Source: Octopus sinensis (taxonomy: Eukaryota). From it: DNA of 64,000 nt. Both the position numbers and the translations under genes were made by a program. Where the stretch lies: assembly GCF_006345805.1 (NCBI RefSeq), contig NC_042997.1, positions 159,650,001 to 159,714,000 of the forward strand. The letters run 5' to 3'. The first letter of the stretch is position 1. Every line of letters begins with the position of its first letter. This document shows, piece after piece, positions 13,114 to 24,372 of this stretch. Under the pieces are notes generated by a model that saw nothing but the letters and a program-made list of their open reading frames with translations, had not been told where the DNA came from and searched no databases.

Positions 13114-14600
13114 GTGTGTATAGATAGTAGAGTTTGATGTTGATTAACCGTCTAAGGGATAGAAATATCCGTTTTACTACCGGTATAATTACTTATATTA
13201 ATCCTGAGTATACATATGCAAGCATATTATGCTCACAGGTTACAGGCAATGACTAAGATACAATTAAGGACCATAAGTATAACTACTTAAGTAACACTCA
13301 AGTTATAGTCATTTGCTCCAATAAATCAGACTTAGGAAAGCTTTGTAAAGCTATTTTGGATAAGTACATACTTTCCCTTAGAAAAAGATTAAACTTGAGT
13401 TATGGACTAATACCCAAAATGCAACAATTTGTTTCTCTAATATAAATTATAAGGATCAACATAAACTTCTGCCAATTGACATTCAAAATTACTACTCCTC
13501 CATAAACCCTAATAGTTTAAATAGTGCTCTCATTTTTGCTAAGAACTATACTAAGATCAGTATGAAAGAAATCAATGTAATCCTCACGGCCCGAAAATCT
13601 ACTATTGAATTTGGTAACAAATTTTGGGCAAGAAAGGACACACCAAATTTCTTTGATATAACAATGGGATCCTCAGACTCAGTGGAAGTGACCGAACTTG
13701 TGAGAATATATCAGACAACATTAATAAAGAATTCCAAGAATTTGGTGGGGGACTCATTTAGAACTGCTTAAAAACTATCCGGCCTTTCTATCACTACAGA
13801 GAATGAGAAGTATTCTATCAACCACCTAGACGATAACTGTGGTATAAATACAGGATTACATGAACCTTACATGAAACCTAACTCTAACATAAAATCTTTA
13901 AACTATGAAAGTAATCATTCATAATCTATAAAGAGGATCTTATAAAAAGCATTAGAAATAGAATTTCTTCTCTTCTAATGAGAACTTATTCAATAAAAAT
14001 AAATATAAATATGACACTAAAAGAAGAAGGTAATGTAATCAAATCATGTATATTTATACGCATCCACATAATTCATGCATGAACACCCTCCTATTCTTCG
14101 GATAATTTTTATTTACTGTTGTTAACCTTGATATCTTGTGTCACATTTATCTCGTATTTTAGATGTATAAGAAATTTTAGACGCTTTAGGCGGTCTGTCA
14201 CTTTGAAAATTGACATCTTTATTCCTATAGTTATCAATCTCTCATCTACATTGTGCCCCCTATTTTTATTACGCATAACTTTCTACATGTAATCTTCATT
14301 TATATGTGATTTTATATTAACCTTTATATATTTTTATATGCATTTATATCTCTCCTATATTTTTATGTTTGGTTTTATTCTATATACCCCTGGAAAATCT
14401 TTACGGTTATACATGCATGATTTATGTTGACGTGTATAAATATATATGATTCAATTACGTTGATTGAATATCATCATTTATGCGTTCGGGAATTTGGTTG
14501 ACTGCCTAGGATTTGCGTTTTCATTGTCCTCTACTTTGTATTATTTCGCATTGGCTCTCTACGAGTACTCCGTAAATAGCCCATATTTTCTATAACATAC
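13110..14600 (+). mobile_element. Degraded Naiad-type PLE reverse transcriptase
   Basis: LWTNTQNA...IDIQNYYSSI...ARKS...WARKDTPNFFDITMGSSDSVEVTELVRIY (cf. FDVTMGSxDGAExCELVGLY) and PYMKPNS. Confidence 0.8.
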
Positions 14601-14677
14601 TTCATGTTATATACATATATACATACATATATATATATACATATATACATATATACATACATACATATATGTATATA

Positions 14678-14770
<93 letters not shown>

Positions 14771-14796
14771 TAATTTGAAACTGACTTATTGGAAAT

Positions 14797-14839
14797 CCAC
14801 CTGAAGATTGTCGATCAGGACAAGAAACAATTGTAGTGG
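14797..14839 (+). ncRNA. Minimal type-I hammerhead ribozyme (intact core)
   Basis: CCAC-CTGAAGA-TTGTC gatcag GACAA-GAAAC-AATT-GTA-GTGG: stem I CCAC/GTGG, perfect 5-bp stem II, GUA cleavage triplet. Confidence 0.85.
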
Positions 14840-14924
14840 CGGTTTTTTTAACTTTTTATTAAAATTTTATGTATTGATTAAGTCTTTACTTGTTTGTTTT
14901 GCAAAATAGTGGTTTTGTCTCTAA

Positions 14925-14976
<52 letters not shown>

Positions 14977-15904
14977 AATGGGTGACTTGTTCATTATTGC
15001 TAATAGGCACACTCTGAAAGAGATTTGAGGAATTATATTTAGTGTAGTCGTTGGTTATGACTGGTGGGAAAGTTACCATTGGTTTCACGTGTATTGCTGT
15101 TTTTAACATTATTGGTGAAACATCAGATTTCCTAGTTTGAAGCAGAGAACCATTTTAGTAATGGAACTAAAAATACACTGTGAGTCGGCCCGGATTGTGA
15201 CAAAATGTCTGAAACGATATTCTTCGAAGCAAAATCTCTTCTAGGTCCTACGGATTTATTCCCCTTTGACCACTTCCGCTTGTGTATAAATTGGGTCAGT
15301 TTATATACGATTTTCGTTCAGTAGTCATCAAGTGGAGAATTCCGTGCTCTCAACACAATTTATTTCACATGAAGGGACCGAATAAAAACACATTTTGAAT
15401 TTTGGAACGTCATAGGTTCACAAATTTTAAAAGTAAGATGCTTAATTGGTGCCTTTATGAGAAAAATTCGAATGCCCTGCCTGCTGACTAGTGAACGGAA
15501 ATCGTACATAAACGGACATGTTCGGACACGACTAGAACTGGTCAATGAGAAATAACTCCACTTCAACAAGAAGGGTTTTCTCCACGATGAATTTCGTTTA
15601 AGATTTGTTTTCAAACTTCTATCTCCATTAGTATGTAGGTTATGTGCCCCCGTCTGGTTTATTACTAATAGCAACAAAAGACGTGAAATCAATTATAAAT
15701 TCCCGACCAATCACAACCAAAGTTAACATTATATTTGTGTGTGTGCGCGCGCGCATGAGTGTATATGTGTGTATGTATATATATATATATACAATTTTAC
15801 AATAGTATGAAATCTTTATAAGAATTTATCATGTAGTTAGCGTGAAAAACCTCATAAGGGAAGAAATTATTAATTATTCCCTTTAGATATATTTATTTAT
15901 ATTA

Positions 15905-16073
15905 AGGGCATTACTATACATAAATGCCTCACGCTAGGAGGGAGTCTTAAGGTCAAAGCTACCATAATAAACGCATTGTACCGAACGCGGCGTTCGGTAC
16001 AATGTGTTTATTACGGTAGCTTTGACTTTAAGAGTCCCTCCTAGCGTGAGGCATTTATGTATAGTAATGCCCT
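15905..16073. mobile_element. Foldback MITE (PIF/Harbinger-like), almost wholly palindromic, TTA target duplication
   Basis: 84-bp arms (15905-15988 and 15990-16073) with 4 mismatches and a 1-nt centre; ends AGGGC/GCCCT; TTA at 15902-15904 and 16074-16076. Confidence 0.8.
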
Positions 16074-16076
16074 TTA

Positions 16077-16121
<45 letters not shown>

Positions 16122-16207
16122 TGTGGGTGGATGTATGAGTATGTATGTGTGTATTTTGTGTGTGTGTGCTTGCATTTGTGTGAATTACGTTTCGTTTTAC
16201 CTCACAT

Positions 16208-16446
16208 TTATCGAACAACTATCTCGCATATTTGTGTCCCACTGTTCAGGACGTGGCAACCAATATCATTCCATCTATAATTGATGTAGGGATTAAAGCT
16301 ACCGCAGTCTTCAATCCCACCATGATTCGAGGGTTCTGTAGGTCCCCATTGAGAATATGTAAGTGCTTCTCCATCCTGCCATACAAAGACTTTCTTGCTA
16401 AGATCTTTGCATAATCCCATATGAAATTCGTGATATTCCGTCGTAG
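16208..16446 (-). CDS. C-type lectin gene A, last coding exon (C-terminal half of the CTLD)
   Basis: Polypyrimidine-cag acceptor at 16447-16449; phase-1 join G|CT. Reads ATTEYHEFHMGL...FVWQDG...YSQWGPTEPSNHGGIEDC...WNDIGC...ICE..R*. Confidence 0.9.
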
Positions 16447-16538
16447 CTGAAAACAAACAGAAAATAAAAATATTGATTAATAATAGTCTTGCACAGATTT
16501 GTTATGATTCGGTGCATGTTTGAGCATTATATTGTTTT

Positions 16539-16579
<41 letters not shown>

Positions 16580-17224
16580 TGCTGTTGTGGTTGTTGATAT
16601 TTAGCCCGAATCACTTATGACATCCTGTCTTATCTGTGTTTGCATGGCGTATACTTGACTGTATACTACATTTCGAGAAACAGTTGAGTACCGTCTCTTG
16701 TAAGATGAACGATCACTCAGTGTACATACATTTACTCACTATGTCGCTGCACACTTAAAATCCACATGTTATCCGCTTGTGTGCGCAGTGTTTTTAGGCT
16801 ACGTGAAAAATAGCGAAATATTTTGAATTGTGGCAAAATGAACCACATAAACTAGCGTATATATTAATTTAAGTTGATTTGTTATATACGTCAGTAAAAT
16901 AGTTACTGAAATCTCTTCCCCGATCATGCCGGGACGAAAATTTCGGGAACGGTAACGAAATATTTCAACGTACACCAGGTTTTAATGTTTTTCATATATA
17001 AAATGAAATGAACAGCTAATCATTTGCTGATGCTGGCTAATATAACAAGTAAATTATCTATTTCTTCTGTTTGCATATGAATTCAAAACTAAACAGACTT
17101 AACCTTTCATGTTATTGAAATTTAAAAGAATATCTGCTATGAATTCGCTGATCAATTTAATCGACTCTAGCATTCTCTTATAAGCATTGATATCGTGTTG
17201 ATTAAAACCAAAATCAAAATTCAA

Positions 17225-17515
17225 TGGTTGTTGTCGAGCCACGCCAGGCTCATAGGGCCGGTTTCCCAGTTTCCTTGGCGTATAGGCTACCTGCGTGGAC
17301 GGTACGCCGGTACGTCGTGGGTGAGCTGCAAGTGGAAAGAGTGAGAGAAAGTTATGGCGAAAGAGTCAGCAGAAGTCGGCTATTACTTTCTGCCGGAGGC
17401 ACGTGGAGCTTGGGAATTTCGCTCATAAACACACACATTGCCCGGCCTGAGATTCGAACGTGCGATCTCTCGACCGCAAGTCCGCTGCTCTAACCACTGG
17501 GCCATGTGCCTCCAC
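17225..17515 (-). mobile_element. tRNA-derived SINE with 9-bp target-site duplication
   Basis: Minus-strand head has A-box TGGCCCAGTGG and B-box GTTCGAATC; TSD aaaattcaa at 17216-17224 and 17516-17524. Confidence 0.88.
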
Positions 17516-18147
17516 AAAATTCAAACGTCGATTATTTCGTTGAGATTATAATCATTGTCTGTAATGTATCTGTAAAAGGTAACTCAATACTCTAACTCGA
17601 CCTGATACTATTGTCGATATTAATATTAAAGAGTGTGTATTCAAAAATATGTTCCATAATACGAAAAGATTGATTCAAAAGAAATTACATTCGATAAATT
17701 CTCTTTCTATTTATAACAACAAAACGTATAACAAAATATTTTCTTAGTTTCAATCAGAACAAAATCTAAAATAAATCATTACTTAAGTATTTTTTAACTG
17801 GCAAAGTCATTTTCTTTTGTAACTCAATGACAATAAATGACAATATAAATAAAATCAATTGAGTGATTCGATATTTTCCCAAAAAAGTAGAGTGTAGAAA
17901 TCAGAGAAACATTAAAAGAAATATAGAATTATATTTTCAAAATGACAAGAGATTTAAATTTTTAGTGACAATGAATTGTTATAGTTTATATTAGATATAT
18001 CATGAGTACATTTGTATATACATATATATATATATATTAATATAAGATTATTATTTGAGGGAATAAAATCCAAACTTACAAGGAAAAAAATTCAATTCAG
18101 AAATACTAAATCGAATTTCACACAATATAATATATATATATATATAA

Positions 18148-18434
18148 ATTAGAAAAAACACCTTTTAACAATTCAAAATGAACAATTAAATTACACCATC
18201 TAGAAAATTACATATAATAGAAAATTTAAAATTAAAATAACAATAAAATGTAAAGATTAAGTAAATTGCAAAAATAATAATAAAAACGTATATAATAGGT
18301 AGAAAAACGACACGTGTTTCGCGGCTATATTTATGAAATGATTATAGTAGAAGGGAAATCACTTCGATATAAATATAGTCGCTCATCAGGTTAAAAATAA
18401 AATAGAACAATAAAAGAATTAATTAATAAATATA

Positions 18435-18473
<39 letters not shown>

Positions 18474-18744
18474 GAAAATCCTAAATATACATAAGTGAAA
18501 AATAAAATAATACTTAAATAATTAAATACTTTAAAATTAAATAAAATACACAAAGCTAGTACAAGTCATTAAATTGTAATCAAAATAAGAAATGTTTCAA
18601 ATATAGACAAACTCCTTAAATAAGCTAACTATATAATAAATATACATGTGTAGTATGTATAGATTTAATATAACAAACTATAATAAAGTTGACTAAATAT
18701 CAAATAATATAATACCAAATAGTATTACAAATACATAAGCCACC

Positions 18745-18837
<93 letters not shown>

Positions 18838-21650
18838 AAGAAAAGAGAGAGAGATAATAATTAATATCTATCAATATATATAAAAATGCATAAAAAATAT
18901 AATGGCGAGAATAATATCTTAATGGAAAGTAAGAAAACCTATCAACCCCAAATTAAAGAAAGGTGCAGAAATATTAGAACCAAAGAACAATACACTATGA
19001 AGATGTTCAATCCCAATCACCAGTCCTCTACCAAACCAGTCAATAACAATAACAATAATAACAACGATCAAAGTCAAAATAATAGCAAGAACTAACTAAT
19101 ATTGATAAGCAAACTAAATTACTAAGTTCAACAATTCTGTTAATCTATCTAGATTTTAAATTTATCAATATTATAAGCGTCTAATTAATATACTCAATAG
19201 ATTCCATTCATGAAAAATACAATCGAAAATTTGAAATGGTACAAATATACTCAAATCAATTATATAAACACGTTATATTAATATCCCAGTATAATATCTA
19301 TAGATTTAATATATCACACGATACAAAAGTTATACATAAACTTTATATTAAAATAAAAACTAGTTTATTAAAAAATAATACTATTTAATGAAAATATTAT
19401 CTAATTAGTAAAAGAAATATAGCCTATTAATATTAATTCTCAAAGTAAAACGTAATATCTTTTATAACAATTAAACACCGGACGTAAAAATTACTATCAA
19501 GAAACTATAAATAAATAATAATATTACAACAAACAATAATAATATCAACACTAATAATATTTTCAAACACACAACGGCTCAATATTCAAAAGAAATAGAG
19601 AAATGATAAAAACTGAGACTTAGCTTAGCGAAGAATGAAGAGTAACTGATTTTTAAAAGAAATAGTTAAAGCGTTTATAAATTTATCGCGTGGATACATA
19701 GTGCAAAGAAATAGAATAAATACTCAATGAACGGGGCAAAATTTTTATCAAAGAAAAATACGAAAAGACGAAAAACCTTCAAGCCTCATGAAGTAAAAAA
19801 ATTGCGCAAAACACAACTTATGGAGAAACTAATATGAAGACAAAATAAAAATAACAGACACCTATTAATATATCAATAACAAAATTAATCCCAGGTAAAC
19901 ATTAAACCCCCCCAAAAATCCAATTCCAAACGAAAAGGAGAAAATAACGTTGCTAAGGTATATGAGAAAATCACTAGATTATAAACGTAAAGAATAATAC
20001 TTAGCGTCTATAAGAAATAAAACTCGTGAAGACGTTGCATGGAAAAATAGAAAAAATTATTAATGAAAAAGGCTAAAAGAAATTTATTAAGGAAATACGG
20101 GAATTATCTAAACTTCATGTATCAAATAAAATAGTAATAGTAAAAATAGTATATTAAGTATTACTTGTCCATCATCACTACCCGGATCCTACAACAAGCC
20201 ATACGCGATTATAAGTATTATTATCATTGATATTATAATGATCAAACATAATTATTAATATTATTAATATAATTATTAATTATTCACATCACTACCAAAA
20301 TCCAATCTACAACAAACTGCCAACTAACGTCAAATTAATTCACAGCCGACTATCCCCATACCATTCAACCCTTCCTATAGACTCCAACAGATGAAGACCA
20401 AAACGCATTTCAAATTCACCATCAACAAATATTATTCATCATTATTATTAAAATATTAATATGACTTATAATAAAACAGTAAAAAATAATCTAATGCTAT
20501 TAAATAATATCTACAATAAAATAAATAAGCCACATAGGACAAGATAAAGTTTAATAATACTAAAGATAAGTTAAATGTAATATATAAGTACATAAAATAA
20601 AATATCATTTAATTGAAAAATATTTTACGATAAATTTAAAGTTTAAATAATAAGTAATCAAATAAAATACATATATATTATTTTGAAAATTATTATTGTT
20701 ATTATTACTATCATTATAATTATTATTATAACTATCATCATTATTACTATAATTATTTACCATATTATTAAATTTATTATCTTCATTAACTGAATTAAAC
20801 TTGATTTTATTTTTATTTATATTTTTATTTTTATTATTATTAGTATACTTTTTATTTTTTATTCTAATATAAATTTAAGATTTCCATCATCAAAATTCTT
20901 CTTATTATTAAGGCGATAAGTTCCTAAATAAAATTTATCATAACACAGACAATTAGGTTTATCATTATAAAAATCATTAAAATAATTATTTTTAAAAATT
21001 ATAATTACGTTTACAAATATTTTAGTATTTAATATTATTATTGTATCCAGCCTCATTCAGGGCTGTATTATAATAAGGTGCGTGTATATTAAAAGTTTCT
21101 AAATCACCAGAAAGTAACGATATTCTTTTACCTACATTATTTATCAAAGATTTTTTAACAAAAGGTGGATGATTACTATAAGCATTAATATATCTAAGAT
21201 TTCATTAATTTTATGGAATGGTTGGGTTTTACCCGTCATTAAATTAAAGTTAACATCCAAATAATTAACATTATAGTTCTCATTATATATAGTAATACTT
21301 AAACCATTTCTTTTAAAGAAATTATATAGTTCCTTTTTATATAATTCTAATTTTCTATTAGTGCAATTCCAGGTAAGTAATAAAAGGTCATCTCTATATA
21401 AACCACCATCCACATTTAAATTTTCTAATTGAAGTTCTGATAATAAATAAATGCCTACTAAATAAGTAGCCTGAGCAGAATCTGGTGTCCCCATAGGTAT
21501 ATCAAAAATGTTTCTAGTATCTTTCCTAGCCCATAATTTACGATTTCCTCCTATTATATACGTTATTATTATTATTTTTCTATTATATGTAATTTTCTAG
21601 ATGGTGTAATATAATTGTTCATTATGAATTGATAAAAGGTGTTTTTTCTA

Positions 21651-21652
<2 letters not shown>
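18148..21652 (-). mobile_element. 5'-truncated Naiad-type PLE with an inverted pLTR tail, inserted in (TA)n in lectin A intron
   Basis: RT fragment WARKDTRNIFDIPMGTPDSAQATYLVGIYLL...GGLYRDD (21144-21545). 21548-21652 is an inverted copy of 18148-18300. Hammerhead at 18306-18392; (TA)n on both sides. Confidence 0.75.
18306..18392 (-). ncRNA. Type-I hammerhead ribozyme with extended stem II (intact core)
   Basis: aac-CTGATGA-GCGACTATATTTAT...ATAAATATAGCCGC-GAAAC-ACGT-GTC-gtt; stem II pairs 13 of 14 bp; GUC cleavage triplet. Confidence 0.85.
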
Positions 21653-21720
<68 letters not shown>

Positions 21721-21877
21721 GTGTGTGTGTGTGTGTGTGTGTGTATGTTGCGTGTGTATGTGTTTGAGAGTGAGAGAGAGAAAGACAGACAGAGAATGAG
21801 AGATAGAGAAAGGGAGAGAGAGAGAGAGAGCGTGTGTGTGTGAATGAGTGTGTATAAAATAGTAAAATGTTGCTCAC

Positions 21878-22057
21878 CCCATGATAATATTGATTTTAGA
21901 TAGTTCATCACTTCCTTATTTTTAATATGAATAAGTCGTCCTCGATACTTATTGCAATTGTCTGCAGCTTCATTCCATGAAATTTTCGCGGAGCCTATTT
22001 GATAACACAATCTCAATTCTGATTGGTAAATGTAGCCGTCTGACGTCGAACATTCAG
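21878..22057 (-). CDS. C-type lectin gene A, internal exon (N-terminal half of the CTLD)
   Basis: AG acceptor (22058-22059) and GTGAGC donor; 180 bp, phase 1/1. Reads ECSTSDGYIYQSELRLCYQIGSAKISWNEAADNCNKYRGRLIHIKNKEVMNYLKSILSW and splices in frame to 16446. Confidence 0.9.
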
Positions 22058-22145
22058 CTTGAGGAAGACAAAAGAAATATGTAAGTTAAAAAGTTTGCTT
22101 CGCTAAGCTTTAATGATGCAGTATTATATCTTTGATGTCTTGAAT

Positions 22146-22245
22146 NNNNNNNNNNNNNNNNNNNNNNNNNNNNNNNNNNNNNNNNNNNNNNNNNNNNNNN
22201 NNNNNNNNNNNNNNNNNNNNNNNNNNNNNNNNNNNNNNNNNNNNN
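22146..22245. other. Assembly gap (100 N)
   Basis: Exactly 100 N, typical of a scaffolding join of unknown size. Confidence 0.99.
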
Positions 22246-22849
22246 ACCCCAACTACTGGCTGTATTAGTTAAGGGGACTTTGGCAATGATGAGTGCTGTG
22301 AAAGACAGTATTTGATGTCAAGGACTCATTTAGCCTGATGGCACAGGAGTGTTAGTCGGAATTATAGAGCGACAAGTTTCGAATGTCTGTAGCGCCTTGC
22401 TGGCCACCTTTGTTTTTTAAGCTGTTGTCACAATTATTCTGCGTTCGAGCTGTGGAGTGGTGCCTTCTCTTGGTCAAGGCACAGTGGCCTTTTACAACGA
22501 AAGCCCTTTCTTAATTCCCTCAAACTATTCACAAAGTTGTCTTTGATGACTGTTTGGCCATAGGGAACCTATTGAATGTATTCCATTCCTTTGATGACAA
22601 AAAAGGGTGTCGTATTCTCGGTGAATTTGCTTTTCCCGACCTTTTGTGTCAGCGAAAAACACATACTCGGCTCACAGTTAAAAGATATGAAGTCTGGAGC
22701 ATTACCTATGTTACTGTAGCGTTTGTTTCGTAAGTTTAACAGAAGCACTTTATTGCAAAGCGAAGTCTAAAATTAATTTCAAGTCTCGGCATGAAAGTTT
22801 ACGAAAATGCTTTCTTTTTTTAATGGACACTGAGTAAAATTGACTGATG

Positions 22850-23950
22850 GTTTCATGGACTACTCTTATCCACAAGAACAAAGAGACAAGTGTGGCGCCA
22901 AACTATAAATCCATTGCATACCTGAACGTCATATGCAAACGGTAAACTGTCTGGATATGTTTTTACAACGCCAATGCCAAACAAATGGTGTAATAATCGA
23001 CGAATAGGCAGAAAAAAGAAAAGAGTCTGGGGCTGTTCAGAACAGCCCCTCCCCAACAAAGCTGTCTTTAAAGAAACCAATCACATTGGTGTAAACGTTT
23101 AACTGTATAGCTAAACTACAAGACATTGTTCGACTCTGTGTCTCACTCATGCAGGATAGAAATATTACACCTTGACAAATTACAAGCTGCTGTATTTCAA
23201 TGGCATTCTAGTGAATGCCATTGAAAGATACACTGCAATGTGGTTCACACAATTATCCTCGACAACTACTAAAGCATTTCTTATTGTTACAAAAAGAATC
23301 AAGCGATAAATAGACATATTCCAGTGTGATAATTTATCTGTAATGCAGGTTGTACTGACGGTGAATCCATTTGTCAGCCCTATTAACACAATGCCAAGGG
23401 TACATGCAGGGATATGCAGAAAAGGATAAAATTAATGTTACCCTAACAGTTTTTGTTGATGAGCTAAAATTATATTCTGTAATATTACGAACATCAAGAG
23501 ACAATTCAAACTGGTTACAACATACCCACGAGATAAACGAATATAGTTTGGGCAAGATAGATGCTCATGCATAATAGTCAACTGAGGTAAGATTGTTGAC
23601 CAGAGAACATATATATTATCGGTTTGTCTATCTCTACTACTTCGAATCGATGAGAAGGTTGCATATATTGGTGCTGTCACTGAAGCCAACGTAACAAAAG
23701 GGTACTTCTGTAGAATGCTTTTGCAGTACAAGCGCTAGTGCCAACGTTTGGGATATTGGACAGCACACTCGGTGACAAAATCAGCCTGGACGTCAAAACC
23801 AGAATTGTACTGACTTTGTAATTCATTCCGATGACTTTGAGATAGAGTCAACAACCCTATTGTTTTTATAGGTATAATATCCTTGCTCTACTTAAATTCT
23901 CTTATACTTTGTGATAGGAGTCAAATCTTCCTCACATCGCACGCTACCAT
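22850..23950 (+). mobile_element. Duplicate copy of the degraded R4/Dong-like RT fragment
   Basis: Mirror of 5900-7000; FVDELKL at about 23452-23472. Confidence 0.7.
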
Positions 23951-24334
23951 TCTTATGGCCATACACGTAAAGTCTGGATGGCCATGTCTCGAATGATTAG
24001 TCTCATGGAACAGGAGCTAAACAATAACTACTACAATTTCTCAAACAAGCCTGAACATTGTCGCTCTACTTGCCAGAAGTAACAAGCAAATATTTCTAAA
24101 ATCCCGTACAATTATCTAACAAAATACCCACATATTAAATAATATAATTGTATAGTTTGGACTCCAATACCTTTGATATAATATATTTGCTCGAAATAGG
24201 CGGATTGTAGCGTAAAGTCACCAACAAAATCAACCATAATAACCAACAAAAACTAATATTACTGCCGCCGCTGCAGCTGCTGCTGCTGCTACAACTACTA
24301 CTACTAGTACTACTACTACTACTACTACTACTAC

Positions 24335-24372
<38 letters not shown>

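Noticed and set aside
17440-17515. tRNA gene
   Set aside because: A- and B-boxes belong to a SINE head with TSDs; no complete cloverleaf.
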